Source: Syntrophomonadaceae bacterium (GTDB lineage: Bacteria; Bacillota; Syntrophomonadia; Syntrophomonadales; Syntrophomonadaceae). From it: a stretch of 64,000 nucleotides of DNA. Under the pieces are notes generated by a model. That model was given only the letters and a program-made list of their open reading frames with translations, made no database searches and was not told the DNA's origin. Each line of letters starts with the position of its first letter. Within the stretch, counting starts at the first letter, position 1. Of this stretch, positions 49,306 through 59,490 are shown piece by piece. Both the position numbers and the translations under genes were made by a program. The stretch is from NCBI GenBank assembly GCA_012520725.1, contig JAAYNQ010000177.1, forward strand, positions 8,696 through 72,695, in the 5' to 3' direction.

Positions 49306-49725
49306 ATGATAGTAGGCAGTAAGATAGTGGCCAGTGCAGCCATTAAAATGGCAGTTACTCTATCCCGAGAGGAAGAGAACCTTCTTAAAAAACAATTAGC
49401 AAAAGAATGTGAAGTGAAATCTGTAGCGGTAGATTATGGCGGAGAGTTTATCAGTTCCGTAGGCAAAATAGTTGAGAGAGCTGTGGTAGCCGCCAAGCGG
49501 GAAGGGGTAATTAGGGACACCCATGCTGAAGAGGGAGCCGTGGCTGGAGCCACCCGGGAAGCCATCAGCCAGATTATGCCCAAAGCTTTGGGCTTGAATG
49601 TGGGAGGAAAAATTGGCATAGCCCGGCACCAGGATCATGTCAGTGTAGCCATATTTTTAGGTATAGGGCTGTTGCATTTGGATGAGGTTAGTATCGGCTT
49701 CGGACACCGGGCAGTATCTTATTAG
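49306..49725 (+). CDS. HutP-family RNA-binding protein
   Basis: The pattern A..AAKREGVI....HAEEGAVAGATREA...VGGKIGIAR....VSVAIFLGIG...GFGH parallels B. subtilis HutP. Confidence 0.7.
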   Translation: MIVGSKIVASAAIKMAVTLSREEENLLKKQLAKECEVKSVAVDYGGEFISSVGKIVERAVVAAKREGVIRDTHAEEGAVAGATREAISQIMPKALGLNVGGKIGIARHQDHVSVAIFLGIGLLHLDEVSIGFGHRAVSY

Positions 49726-49742
49726 CTATCAGAGGTAAAGAT

Positions 49743-50126
49743 ATGCCGGTACGGGGAATTAGAGGTGCTACAACGGTAGACCAGGATCAGGATCAGCAAG
49801 TATTGGAGGCTACCCGGGAGCTACTGCAAATCATGATAGAAGAAAACCAGGTCCTGCCTGAAGATATCGCCAGTGTTTTATTCACTACCACGGCAGATAT
49901 TAAATCAGTCTTTCCTGCCCGGGCTGCTCGTGACTTGGGATGGACTCAGGTACCTCTCATGTGTTTTCAGGAAATAGAAATCAGGGAATCGCTACCCTTG
50001 TGTATACGGGTGCTTATACATATTAACACGAGTAAAAAACAAAATGAGATCAAGCATATATACCTCAGGCAAGCTCGCCAATTAAGACCCGATATTGCCC
50101 AGGCTTCTCATAGGAATTCGGTATGA
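49743..50126 (+). CDS. aroH: chorismate mutase, AroH class
   Basis: MPVRGIRGATTV...VFPARAAR...CIRVLIHI...IKHIYLRQARQLRPD closely parallels B. subtilis AroH. Confidence 0.9.
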   Translation: MPVRGIRGATTVDQDQDQQVLEATRELLQIMIEENQVLPEDIASVLFTTTADIKSVFPARAARDLGWTQVPLMCFQEIEIRESLPLCIRVLIHINTSKKQNEIKHIYLRQARQLRPDIAQASHRNSV

Positions 50127-50148
50127 AACTTCAATTATTTTTCCTCCT

Positions 50149-51003
50149 CTATATTTCCATAGGGCCCGGTTTCTTATAACTGAGCTCATATAAATCCCGG
50201 CGCCGGTGCTTATAAAAAGGTATTTCCCGCCGGATTTGTTCATTTAATGAAAAGTCCAACTCAGCCCATAATATCCCTTCTTCCTGACCTGCCTGGGCTA
50301 TTATCCGGCCCCAGGGGTCCACTACCAGTGAATGTCCCCAGGCCTGGTAGCTAGCCTGGGGGTTGGGGGCAGGAGATACTGCCGCCACAAAAAGCTGTTG
50401 ATCTACAGCCCGGCTGCGCAGGACCAATTCCCAGAATAAAGGCCCGGATGCATGGTTGAATGCCGCCGGCACTATAATCAGATCGGCCCCGGCCAGGGCC
50501 AGGGCTCTGGATAGTTCTGGGAACCTGATATCATAGCAAATTAATATGCCAATTTTAATACCGTGGTATTCTATTAGGGTAATATTATGGCCCGGACTCA
50601 AAAAGTCAGATTCTCGAAAAGTTATTCTTCCTGGCATATCAACATCGAAGAGCTGTATTTTTCTATGTCGACCCAGTAAATTGCCATGTTCATCAAAGGC
50701 AAAACAGCTATTATACAGCCTGCCTTCTGGAGAGCGTTCAATAATTGAACCTCCTATTACCCCCACTCCCTGTTCACAGGCGATCTGGGCCAAAAATTCC
50801 GTTGTAGGACCTGGATAGTATTCGGCATAGTCCGGGAATAAATCGGGTTGATAGGGGGCATTGAAAACCTCAGGGAGTATTACCAGGTCTATATCTTTGT
50901 GGCTGGCGGAGGATTGGATCATTTGAGCAGCCCGGGACAGGTTGCCGGTTTTGCTGCTAGTGTTCATCATTTGACACAAGGCAATAGACAAACTCTTTCT
51001 CAC
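50149..51003 (-). CDS. carbon-nitrogen hydrolase (omega-amidase/Nit2-like)
   Basis: Glu-Lys-Cys triad contexts LPEVF, HRKIQLF, LICYDIRFPE. A GTG start at 51003, 8 nt after AAAGGAG, is preferred over the track start at 51057. Confidence 0.8.
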   Translation of the reverse strand: MRKSLSIALCQMMNTSSKTGNLSRAAQMIQSSASHKDIDLVILPEVFNAPYQPDLFPDYAEYYPGPTTEFLAQIACEQGVGVIGGSIIERSPEGRLYNSCFAFDEHGNLLGRHRKIQLFDVDMPGRITFRESDFLSPGHNITLIEYHGIKIGILICYDIRFPELSRALALAGADLIIVPAAFNHASGPLFWELVLRSRAVDQQLFVAAVSPAPNPQASYQAWGHSLVVDPWGRIIAQAGQEEGILWAELDFSLNEQIRREIPFYKHRRRDLYELSYKKPGPMEI

Positions 51004-51348
51004 CCTTATTGACTCCTTTCTGTATTCTTCCCTTATATCATGCTTTGAGTTTAGCACATTATTCCTGTGCGGGTTGGTATAGAGTTGCCGGATTCGGATT
51101 ATAGCATTGATCAGCTTGGAGGGATTTTAGTCCGAGAATGGAAGCTTTTTATCCAAGCAGAAATAGGCTCCAAGGGGTTCAGGCTATTTTAATATCCCGG
51201 GGCTAAATGATATACTGATAATAGTTCCCAGACATCATGTAGTATTTGCTATAATTAATATTTGTTTACACCTTATACTAGTCCCAGGCAAGAATAGAAA
51301 AAAAAGGGGACGATTTAAAAACCGAGCTAAATAAGAAAGAGCAGAGGA

Positions 51349-52188
51349 ATGATAGCTATGAAGCCATTTATGCTGGCTTCTCGAGAATACAAGCCTGAGG
51401 ATACTATAATCGAAATAAGTAGCTCCGCTAAAAAAGTCTTCCTGGGAGAAGGTTACTGCACTATTATTGCCGGGCCTTGTGCAGTGGAGGGGGCTGAGCA
51501 ATACCTTAGTTTAGCCCGGATACTGGCTGATTTGGGAGTCCATATCCTGAGAGCGGGAATATTTAAACCCCGTACCTCTCCCTATTCCTTCAAGGGGCTT
51601 GGTAGTGAAGGTATGGATATAGTAGACCAGGCCCGGATGATTACGGGTTTGCCGGTAATTACTGAGATAATGGATGTAAGGGATTTGGAGCTGCTCCATG
51701 ACCGGGTGGATATCCTGCAAGTGGGCAGCCGTAACATGCAAAATTTTACCCTGCTGGAGGAAATGGGCAGGATTAAACGGCCTATTATGCTGAAACGTGG
51801 TCTTTCCGCTACCATTGAAGAATGGCTCCTGGCAGCAGAATATATTTTAAACGGCGGCAATGAGCAGGTAATTCTATGTGAGCGAGGTATAAGAACCTTT
51901 GAGCCCTACACTCGTAATACTGTGGACATCGGTGCAGTGGCTTTGCTCAAGCAGCTTTCCCATCTGCCCATAATTGTAGATCCCAGCCATGCTACCGGGC
52001 GCTGGCGAATGGTGGCTCCGGTAGCCCGGGCGGCTATTGCTGCCGGGGCGGATGGGATTATGGTGGAAGTACACCAAAACCCGGATAAAGCATTATCTGA
52101 CGGAAAACAGTCTTTAACCCCGGAAAATTTTGCCAGTTTAAGAGATCAAATACTGAAGCTGGCAGAACTGGATAATAAGAAAATCTAA
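51349..52188 (+). CDS. aroF: 3-deoxy-7-phosphoheptulonate (DAHP) synthase, type I-beta
   Basis: IIAGPCAVE, KPRTSPYSFKGLG, and VDPSHATG motifs. The start may be ATG 51358. Confidence 0.9.
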   Translation: MIAMKPFMLASREYKPEDTIIEISSSAKKVFLGEGYCTIIAGPCAVEGAEQYLSLARILADLGVHILRAGIFKPRTSPYSFKGLGSEGMDIVDQARMITGLPVITEIMDVRDLELLHDRVDILQVGSRNMQNFTLLEEMGRIKRPIMLKRGLSATIEEWLLAAEYILNGGNEQVILCERGIRTFEPYTRNTVDIGAVALLKQLSHLPIIVDPSHATGRWRMVAPVARAAIAAGADGIMVEVHQNPDKALSDGKQSLTPENFASLRDQILKLAELDNKKI

Positions 52189-52211
52189 ATTCATTGGGAC
52201 TATTAACAGAG

Positions 52212-52235
52212 AAGCCTATTAATTAGGCTTTTTTC
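52212..52235 (+). terminator. intrinsic terminator after aroF
   Basis: AAGCCTA-TTAAT-TAGGCTT followed by TTTTT. Confidence 0.65.
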
Positions 52236-52423
52236 TATGCCAAGTCCTATTCAGGGCTGGCGTGGCTGCCAAGGATAGCAAAAAATAATAGGAATGGAAA
52301 AACCGGCCGGTCTGGCCTCGGGTAGTACCGGTAAAAAGAGCTGGAGTATATATTGCTTGTCTCCCCAATATGCATTATTATGGTAGGAACCAATGTGGCA
52401 TTATATTTTAGGGGGTGGGTAAA

Positions 52424-55039
52424 ATGCAGGCAATCCCTATTAAAGATGGGGTATATTGGGTAGGGGTTCAGGACCCGGAACTGGAAGTATTTGATATCAT
52501 CATGACTACTGAATACGGTACCAGTTATGGCTCCTATCTGATACGAGGTCAGGATAAAACCGTGTTAATCGAGGCAGTCAAGGCTAATTTCTTTGATGAA
52601 TTCGTAAACGATTTGAAAGAGTTATGTCCGGTCGAAGAAATTGATTACTTGATTTTAAATCATACGGAACCAGATCACTCTGGATCGGTGGAAAAACTAT
52701 TGCAGTTGAATCCCAAGCTGGTAGTTATGGCCAGTCCTACCGCATTAACTTTTCTAAAAGAAATAAGTAATTCAAGTTTTAATTCCAAGGAACTCCTAGG
52801 GGGAGAAGAACTGGATCTGGGCGGCAAAACCCTTCACTTTATCAGCGCTCCTTTTTTGCACTGGCCTGATACCATATTTACCTATTTGAAGGAAGATAGA
52901 ATACTGTTTAGTTGTGACTTTTTGGGCAGTCACTATTCCGACGAGCGGGTTTTCAATGACTTAATAGAATACGATTTTACTGACGCTTTTAAATATTACT
53001 TTGATGAGATAATCGGACCTTTCAAACCTTATGTTATTGAAGCCCTGGATAAGATTAAGGACTTGGAAATAGACATTGTCTGTCCCGGACATGGGCCAGT
53101 TTTGAGAACCAAGCTGGACTATTATATGGATCTCTACCGCCAGTGGTCTACTCCCAAACCCCGCACTACAGATAAGCCCATCATTGTTATGGCTTATGTT
53201 AGCGCTTATGGCTATACGGAAATGATAGGGCAGAGTATCGAAGAAGGAATATCAATGATCGGGGACTTTGATTTCCGCAAATACGACCTGATTTATACTC
53301 CGGTAAGCACGGTGCTGCAAGACTTGTCCCAGGCCGACGGGCTGCTTATTGGCTCTCCTACTATAAATGGCGACACCTTACCCAATATATGGGAATTGTT
53401 AAGCAGCCTTTCTCCCATTGTTCATGGAGGGATGGTGGCTGGAGCTTTTGGAGCTTATGGATGGAGCGGAGAGGCGGTACCCAACATCGAAAACCGCCTT
53501 AATATGCTGCGCATGCAGGTTTTGCCTGGATTTAGAGTTAATTTTAAGCCTAATTCCAGGGCTTTGGAAGATGCCTTTAACTATGGTATGGAATTTGCTC
53601 GTCAGGTATTGGCCAAGCAGCGGGATGTATCGGAGACTGAATGGCGTTGTCTGGTTTGCGGTCATATACATAGGGGAGAACAGCCTCCTAATATTTGTCC
53701 GGCCTGTGGAGTGGGCCCGGAAAACTTCGTTAAGCAATCCCAGGAGGAGATATACAGGAATGATAGCGAAGAGAGTTTTGTAATAATCGGTTCCGGAATA
53801 GCAGGCCTTTCAGCTGCTGAGGCTATTCGCCAAAGGAATCAGACGGCTAAGATAATTATGGTGACAGAAGAGGAGGAAAAACCCTACTACCGGCCTATGC
53901 TTTCAGATTACCTGGGCGAGGACCTGACTATAGATAGCTTGTTTATCAAAGCTGCATCCTGGTATGATGAAAATCAGATTGAACTGCGAACTGCTTGCCG
54001 GGTGAAAGCCATAGATGGGAGCCAGCGGCAGCTGACCCTGGAAAACGGTGAAACAATTCCTTACCACAAGCTGATTCTGGCTACCGGAGCCCGGAGCAAT
54101 ATACCCCCCATTCCTGGAGCTGATAAAAAGGGAGTATATGCCCTGCGCCAATGGGCTGATGCCAGAGAATTAAAGGCAGCTTTAAAAAAGGGCCTGAAAG
54201 CAGTAGTTATCGGTGGTGGGGTGCTGGGATTGGAAGCGGTATCAGAAATGCTGGATCTGGGCTTGGAGGTTGCGGTAGTAGAATTTGCTCCTCGTCTAAT
54301 GCCCCGACAGCTGGATGAAAGTTCATCACTGAGATTGCAAAAGATTATAGAGGATAAGGGTGCAGTCCTATATTTAGGTCTGGGAACGGATACCATAGAG
54401 GGTGATGATAAGGTTAAGGGGGTCAAACTAAGCAATGGTCAGGTAATAGCCGCGGACCTGGTTCTTTTGTCTACCGGAGTAAAACCCAATATCGAATTGG
54501 CGCAAGCCGCAGGCATTGAGGTGGATCGAGGAATTGTAGTGGATGCGGGAATGAGAACCGGTATGGATAATGTCTATGCGGCAGGTGATGTAGCTCAGTA
54601 TGAAGAAAAAGTAATTGGATTATGGCCTATAGCCTTGGAGATGGGCCGGGTAGCAGGTGCCAATGCGGCCGGAGATTGGTTGGAATATAAGCAACCGCAA
54701 ATTTCTACTATGCTGGCCGCCTTTGATATGCAGGTATTTTCCATGGGAGAAGTCAACCTGCCACTGGAGGAAACCAGGATAACCGAGACTTATGATCCAG
54801 TGGAAAACTACTATAAAAAGAGCTTTCTACAAAATGGGGTCTTGTTAGGAGAAATCGTTATTGCTCCTGAAGTAAATGCCTCTACTACCATTACCTCCCT
54901 GGGGCGGGATGCTGCCGGCAAACTACAGGCCAATCGCTGGAAATGCCGGGTATGTAGCTATGTGCATGAAGGTTTGGAACCTCCTGATATCTGTCCGGTG
55001 TGTGGAGCAGGCTCAGATATGTTTGATCCTGTGATATAG
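52424..55039 (+). CDS. multidomain flavodiiron protein: metallo-beta-lactamase-like diiron domain, flavodoxin domain, rubredoxin, NAD(P)H:rubredoxin-oxidoreductase-like FAD/NAD domain, and a second rubredoxin
   Basis: HTEPDH diiron motif. Flavodoxin IIVMAYVSAYGYTE. WRCLVCGH...CPACG. GSGIAGLSAA and IGGGVLGLEA Rossmann motifs. C-terminal WKCRVCSY...CPVCG. Confidence 0.85.
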   Translation: MQAIPIKDGVYWVGVQDPELEVFDIIMTTEYGTSYGSYLIRGQDKTVLIEAVKANFFDEFVNDLKELCPVEEIDYLILNHTEPDHSGSVEKLLQLNPKLVVMASPTALTFLKEISNSSFNSKELLGGEELDLGGKTLHFISAPFLHWPDTIFTYLKEDRILFSCDFLGSHYSDERVFNDLIEYDFTDAFKYYFDEIIGPFKPYVIEALDKIKDLEIDIVCPGHGPVLRTKLDYYMDLYRQWSTPKPRTTDKPIIVMAYVSAYGYTEMIGQSIEEGISMIGDFDFRKYDLIYTPVSTVLQDLSQADGLLIGSPTINGDTLPNIWELLSSLSPIVHGGMVAGAFGAYGWSGEAVPNIENRLNMLRMQVLPGFRVNFKPNSRALEDAFNYGMEFARQVLAKQRDVSETEWRCLVCGHIHRGEQPPNICPACGVGPENFVKQSQEEIYRNDSEESFVIIGSGIAGLSAAEAIRQRNQTAKIIMVTEEEEKPYYRPMLSDYLGEDLTIDSLFIKAASWYDENQIELRTACRVKAIDGSQRQLTLENGETIPYHKLILATGARSNIPPIPGADKKGVYALRQWADARELKAALKKGLKAVVIGGGVLGLEAVSEMLDLGLEVAVVEFAPRLMPRQLDESSSLRLQKIIEDKGAVLYLGLGTDTIEGDDKVKGVKLSNGQVIAADLVLLSTGVKPNIELAQAAGIEVDRGIVVDAGMRTGMDNVYAAGDVAQYEEKVIGLWPIALEMGRVAGANAAGDWLEYKQPQISTMLAAFDMQVFSMGEVNLPLEETRITETYDPVENYYKKSFLQNGVLLGEIVIAPEVNASTTITSLGRDAAGKLQANRWKCRVCSYVHEGLEPPDICPVCGAGSDMFDPVI

Positions 55040-55232
55040 GTTTTATGCTATCCGGATCCTGGCCGGGGGTTCGGAAGTCGGCTGCCGGGGAGTTAGCATA
55101 GCTTCTCCCCGGACTTAAGTTAGCTTTAAAAAGACAGGTAGCAAATATTATTAGCTGTTTTCAACTTATCAGTTTTAACCAATTAAGAAGATATGATAAA
55201 ATTATAGAGGAAACTTACAGGTGGGTTAAAGG

Positions 55233-55889
55233 ATGAAGATTGCCATTGATGGTCCCGCAGGGGCTGGAAAGAGTACGGTGGCCAGGCGCTTGGCTGCAGA
55301 ACTTGGATTTGTATATATTGATACTGGTGCTATGTATAGAGCTTTGACCTTCAAAGCTCTTGAGGAGTCTCTGGACTTGGATGATGAAGATTCTCTCTAT
55401 CAGCTGGCCCAAAATACTGAAATCCACTTCCAATATCATTCCCACGGGCAAAGAATAATATGTGACAATCGTGATATAAGCGACTATATTCGATCTCCGC
55501 GTGTCAACGCAGAAGTTTCCCGGGTAGCGTCTAAACCATTGCTGCGAGGGGTAATGGTGGCCCAGCAGAGGAAACTGGCGGAAAATAAATCAGTAGTGAT
55601 GGATGGGCGTGACATCGGGGAATTTGTGCTACCAGATGCGGATTACAAGTTTTTCCTAACCGCTAGTATTGAAAAAAGGATTATGCGTCGGTTAGAGGAA
55701 ATGCAAGCCAGTGGATATGATATAGAACGTGAAACAATTGCCAGGGAAATAATGGACCGGGACCAAAGAGATTCCAGCCGGGAAATGGGAGCTTTAAGAG
55801 TGCTGGAAGATTCAATAGTCATTGACACCAGTGATCTAAAGGTGGATGAGGTGATAAATGTCCTAAAGTCCTACCTGAAGGAGAATTAA
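55233..55889 (+). CDS. cmk: cytidylate kinase
   Basis: IAIDGPAGAGKST P-loop and YIDTGAMYRA. Confidence 0.95.
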   Translation: MKIAIDGPAGAGKSTVARRLAAELGFVYIDTGAMYRALTFKALEESLDLDDEDSLYQLAQNTEIHFQYHSHGQRIICDNRDISDYIRSPRVNAEVSRVASKPLLRGVMVAQQRKLAENKSVVMDGRDIGEFVLPDADYKFFLTASIEKRIMRRLEEMQASGYDIERETIAREIMDRDQRDSSREMGALRVLEDSIVIDTSDLKVDEVINVLKSYLKEN

Positions 55890-55891
55890 AG

Positions 55892-56485
55892 ATGTTCTAT
55901 TATTTGGTAAGAGGCCTGGTCAAATTTGTCTTATTATTTCTGGGTTTGAAATTTGAAGGAATACATAACCTACCCAAAAAGGGTGCAGTCATTATTGTAG
56001 CCAATCACGTTAGTGCTTGGGATCCCCTACTAGTAGCAGTGGGATCACCCAGGCCAGTGCATTTCATGGCTAAGGCTGAACTATACCAAAACCAGATTCT
56101 AGCTCGACTTCTGAATGCATTGAATGCCTTTCCAGTGAAAAGAGGTCAGGCTGATCGAAATGCTATTCGTAAAGCCCTTAAACTGCTGGAGTCCGGAAAA
56201 GTTTTAGGAATTTTCCCGGAAGGAACTCGAAAAAAGGAGGTTGGGATGGAGGCAGCCCAGGCGGGAGCAGCAATGCTGGCTCTTAAATCCGGAGCCCAGC
56301 TTATTCCAGCGGCATGTTTGGGAACTAAGGGACGTTTTCCCTGGGGATGGGGTCGTAGTACCTTGAAGATAAGATACGGCAAACCACTAAATCTGACCGC
56401 ATATCGACAGGAGAAAACCACCTCAGCCAGCCTGGATCAAATAAGCCAGGAAATAATAAGGGAAATTAATAAGCTTTTATATTAA
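55892..56485 (+). CDS. plsC: 1-acyl-sn-glycerol-3-phosphate acyltransferase
   Basis: NHVSAWD (HX4D) and FPEGTR motifs. Confidence 0.85.
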   Translation: MFYYLVRGLVKFVLLFLGLKFEGIHNLPKKGAVIIVANHVSAWDPLLVAVGSPRPVHFMAKAELYQNQILARLLNALNAFPVKRGQADRNAIRKALKLLESGKVLGIFPEGTRKKEVGMEAAQAGAAMLALKSGAQLIPAACLGTKGRFPWGWGRSTLKIRYGKPLNLTAYRQEKTTSASLDQISQEIIREINKLLY

Positions 56486-56545
56486 TAAAAGAAGGAATTA
56501 AGGATGCCAATACTGAAGATATATAAGTGTTTGTGAGGATAAAAT

Positions 56546-58603
56546 ATGCATACTATTATGGCCAGTCATGCTGGTTTCTGTGCCGGAGTAAAAAGGGCCT
56601 TTAAAATGACAGAAGAGATGGCAGGCCATCCAGGCAAATGGTATACTTGGGGACCGCTGGTGCATAACCAAACGGTAGTTGATTATTTTTCCCGGCAAGG
56701 AATACGTCCAATAGAAGATATTGACGATATTTCTGAACCAGCCGGTTTGATTATAAGATCCCATGGAGTGGCTCCTGAAATAATAGAAGAAGCCAGGAAT
56801 CGGGGTTGGCAAGTTAAAGATGCCACCTGTCCCCTGGTCAAAAAGGTACATGTAATTGTACAGACTTTGGCCGCCGAAGGATATGATATCGTGATATTTG
56901 GTAACCCCCAGCACCCGGAGGTTAAGGGTATTCTGGGTTGGTGCGGCGGAGAAGCCACCGTGGTGTCCGGTTTGGATGATATAAAAAACCTGAATTATTC
57001 TCGTAAAATGGGAATAGTGTCTCAAACCACCAGAGATGAAAAAGAGTTTTATGAGGTAGTGAAAGGCCTTTTAGGCCGGACAGACGAATTAAGGGTATTT
57101 AACACCATCTGTTACGCTACCCAGCTCAGACAGAATTCGGCTTTGGAATTATGTCAAGAGGTAGATTTAATGATTGTGGTAGGAGGGGAATTTAGTTCCA
57201 ATACTACTACTCTTTATAAAGAGTGTTTAAATACCGGAGTTAGAACTTACCTGGTTCAAGATGCAGGAGATCTAAACCCCCAATGGCTAAAAGGGGTGAA
57301 AATAGCAGGCATTACTGCTGGTGCTTCGACTCCGGATTGGATTATTAAGGAGGTATTGTGTAGGATGACAGAATATGAGGAAAAGGATATCCAGCAAGAG
57401 GTCCAGGAACAAATGCAGGAACAGGTTCCAGAACCTGTGATCGAGCCCCAGCAGGAGGAGACTGGCAGCAATGAGCGGCCGGCTGAAGAAGCCAATGAGG
57501 AATTATTTGCCCGCATGGAGGCAGAAATGGCAGAGTATGAAACCCCAGGCCGAGGGGATATTATAAAGGGAACCATTGTCCAAGTACTTGATGATGAAGT
57601 AATGGTTGATGTAGGCGGCAAGTCGGAAGGAGTTGTTCCATTAAGAGAACTTTCCCTGGCGGCAGTGGATTCCGCCCGGGATTTGGTAAGCGTCGGTGAC
57701 GAAATCGAGGTTATGATACTGAAATGGGACGATGACGGCACTATCCTGCTGTCCAAAAAACGGGTCGATTCCAAAAAAGTATTGGATCAATTGGAAGAAG
57801 TCTTTGAAAAAGGAGAAACGGTATCAGGTACGGTTAAAGATATAGTCAAAGGTGGCTTGATTGTGGATGTAGGGGTAGTTGGATTCCTTCCTGCTTCACA
57901 TATAGAGGATGGCTATGTTAAAAACCTGGAAGAATACAAAGACAAGACCTTTAACTTCAAAATAATTGAATTTAATCGCAATAAGAGGCGGGGCTCGCAA
58001 GTAGTATTATCACGCAGGGAACTGGTACTGGCTGAAAAAGAGCAGCAGAAACAGGAGTTCTGGGATAATATCCAAGAGGGACAAATTCGCCTGGGCAAAA
58101 TAAAAAGAATAGTAGATTACGGTGCTTTTATTGATTTAGGCGGTTACGAAGGTTTGCTTCATGTTTCCGAGCTGGACCATAAGCGCATAGAACATCCGGC
58201 TGATGTATTGAAGGAAGGCGATGAGCTGGAGGTTTTCGTCTTGGGTGTGGATACCGAGAAAGAAAGAGTATCCTTAAGCCGCAAGAAGTTATTGAAGAGC
58301 CCCTGGGAGATAGCCTTGGAAACCTTAAAAGAAGGCGATATTGTAGATGGAACAGTAGTAAGAATTGCTCCTTTCGGTGCTTTTGTCGAACTGGATCCAG
58401 GAGTAGATGGATTGGTTCACATATCCCAGTTGGCTGATTATCGGGTGGAGAAACCAGAAGATGTGGTTTCAGTTAACCAGCCGGTTAAGGTAAAGATCTT
58501 GAGTGTGGACGGCAATGAAAAGAGAATCGGTCTGTCCATCAAGGAAGCTCAAAGGGAGATGGAAGAGCAAGAAGTAGAAGAATACCTGGAACAACAGGAA
58601 TAG
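56546..58603 (+). CDS. ispH: fusion of 4-hydroxy-3-methylbut-2-enyl diphosphate reductase (IspH) with a four-repeat ribosomal-protein-S1 domain region
   Basis: N-terminal ~280 aa is IspH ([21 protein letters not shown]). An acidic linker follows, then four S1 OB-fold repeats (G.I..G.V......G..VD.G..G..P.SE). Confidence 0.85.
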   Translation: MHTIMASHAGFCAGVKRAFKMTEEMAGHPGKWYTWGPLVHNQTVVDYFSRQGIRPIEDIDDISEPAGLIIRSHGVAPEIIEEARNRGWQVKDATCPLVKKVHVIVQTLAAEGYDIVIFGNPQHPEVKGILGWCGGEATVVSGLDDIKNLNYSRKMGIVSQTTRDEKEFYEVVKGLLGRTDELRVFNTICYATQLRQNSALELCQEVDLMIVVGGEFSSNTTTLYKECLNTGVRTYLVQDAGDLNPQWLKGVKIAGITAGASTPDWIIKEVLCRMTEYEEKDIQQEVQEQMQEQVPEPVIEPQQEETGSNERPAEEANEELFARMEAEMAEYETPGRGDIIKGTIVQVLDDEVMVDVGGKSEGVVPLRELSLAAVDSARDLVSVGDEIEVMILKWDDDGTILLSKKRVDSKKVLDQLEEVFEKGETVSGTVKDIVKGGLIVDVGVVGFLPASHIEDGYVKNLEEYKDKTFNFKIIEFNRNKRRGSQVVLSRRELVLAEKEQQKQEFWDNIQEGQIRLGKIKRIVDYGAFIDLGGYEGLLHVSELDHKRIEHPADVLKEGDELEVFVLGVDTEKERVSLSRKKLLKSPWEIALETLKEGDIVDGTVVRIAPFGAFVELDPGVDGLVHISQLADYRVEKPEDVVSVNQPVKVKILSVDGNEKRIGLSIKEAQREMEEQEVEEYLEQQE

Positions 58604-58627
58604 AAATAAGCTTTTGAGGTGACCTTT

Positions 58628-58828
58628 ATGCCGATATTTGAATACAAATGTGAAGATTGTGGTACACAATTTGACCTTTTAGTATCTTACTCGGAAAGGA
58701 AAAACGTACAATGCCCTCAATGCTCATCTTCACGAGTAGAGCAACTTTTATCTCTATTCAACACCGGGGGTAAGCGAAGTGCGGCTGCACCTGAAAGATG
58801 TGACACCTGCAGCTTTAGCGGCGGGTGA
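58628..58828 (+). CDS. FmdB-family zinc-ribbon protein
   Basis: MPIFEYKCEDCG...CPQC is the typical FmdB/CxxC_CxxC_SSSS start. Confidence 0.8.
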   Translation: MPIFEYKCEDCGTQFDLLVSYSERKNVQCPQCSSSRVEQLLSLFNTGGKRSAAAPERCDTCSFSGG

Positions 58829-58902
58829 AGAGTGAAGTACTAGGCTGCCTGGGGCAGCTTTTTTTATACCACCGACCAAGACCTATGCATAGGGGGAGAA
58901 TT

Positions 58903-59490
58903 ATGCCAGCCAGCGGAGTCATACTTTCAGGGGGGAGAAGTTCCAGGATGAACTTTAACAAGGCTTTTGCCGAAATATCTGGTACCCCGGTACTGGAGAT
59001 AATCATCAATAAGTTAAGCAAATGCTTCGATGATTTGATGATCATAACCAATGAACCTGAATTATATAAAGGCATGGGACCGGCGGTGTATACCGATCTA
59101 TATCCCCAGATGGGTCCCATGGCCGGAATTCATGCCGGCTTATACTATTCTCGATATGAAAGCATTTTTTTGTTAGGTTGTGACATGCCCTTCTTTAGCA
59201 TGGAATTGGCCAGCTATATGTTGAGCCAGGGGAGCGGATATGATTGTGTGGTTCCAGTCGTTAACGGGAAGTTACAGCCCTTATCGGCGGTGTACAATTC
59301 TTCTTGTATGCCGGAGCTGATCAGCTGTTTGGATAATAACAAATTGAAATTAATCAGCTTTGTAGAGAGCATTAATTCCCGTTACCTGAGCGAGAAAGAA
59401 TTATTGCCCTTTGGCAATTTGGAAACCATGTTCTTCAATGTGAACGATATGGCGGCCCTGATCAGGGCCAGGGAAATGTATGGAGGATAG
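58903..59490 (+). CDS. mobA: molybdenum cofactor guanylyltransferase
   Basis: GVILSGGRSSRM nucleotide-binding motif and LGCDMPF. ATG 58903 follows AGGGGGAG. Confidence 0.8.
   Translation: MPASGVILSGGRSSRMNFNKAFAEISGTPVLEIIINKLSKCFDDLMIITNEPELYKGMGPAVYTDLYPQMGPMAGIHAGLYYSRYESIFLLGCDMPFFSMELASYMLSQGSGYDCVVPVVNGKLQPLSAVYNSSCMPELISCLDNNKLKLISFVESINSRYLSEKELLPFGNLETMFFNVNDMAALIRAREMYGG

Noticed and set aside
53418-53783. 121-aa alternate-frame + strand ORF inside the flavodiiron gene.
   Set aside because: It is fully embedded in a frame with continuous domain homology. I saw no frameshift signal.
56498-57774. Two long - strand ORFs (175 aa at 56498..57025 and 172 aa at 57256..57774).
   Set aside because: Both are antisense to the well-supported ispH-S1 fusion. 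The second is Ser/Thr/Pro-rich low complexity, mirroring the acidic linker on the + strand.
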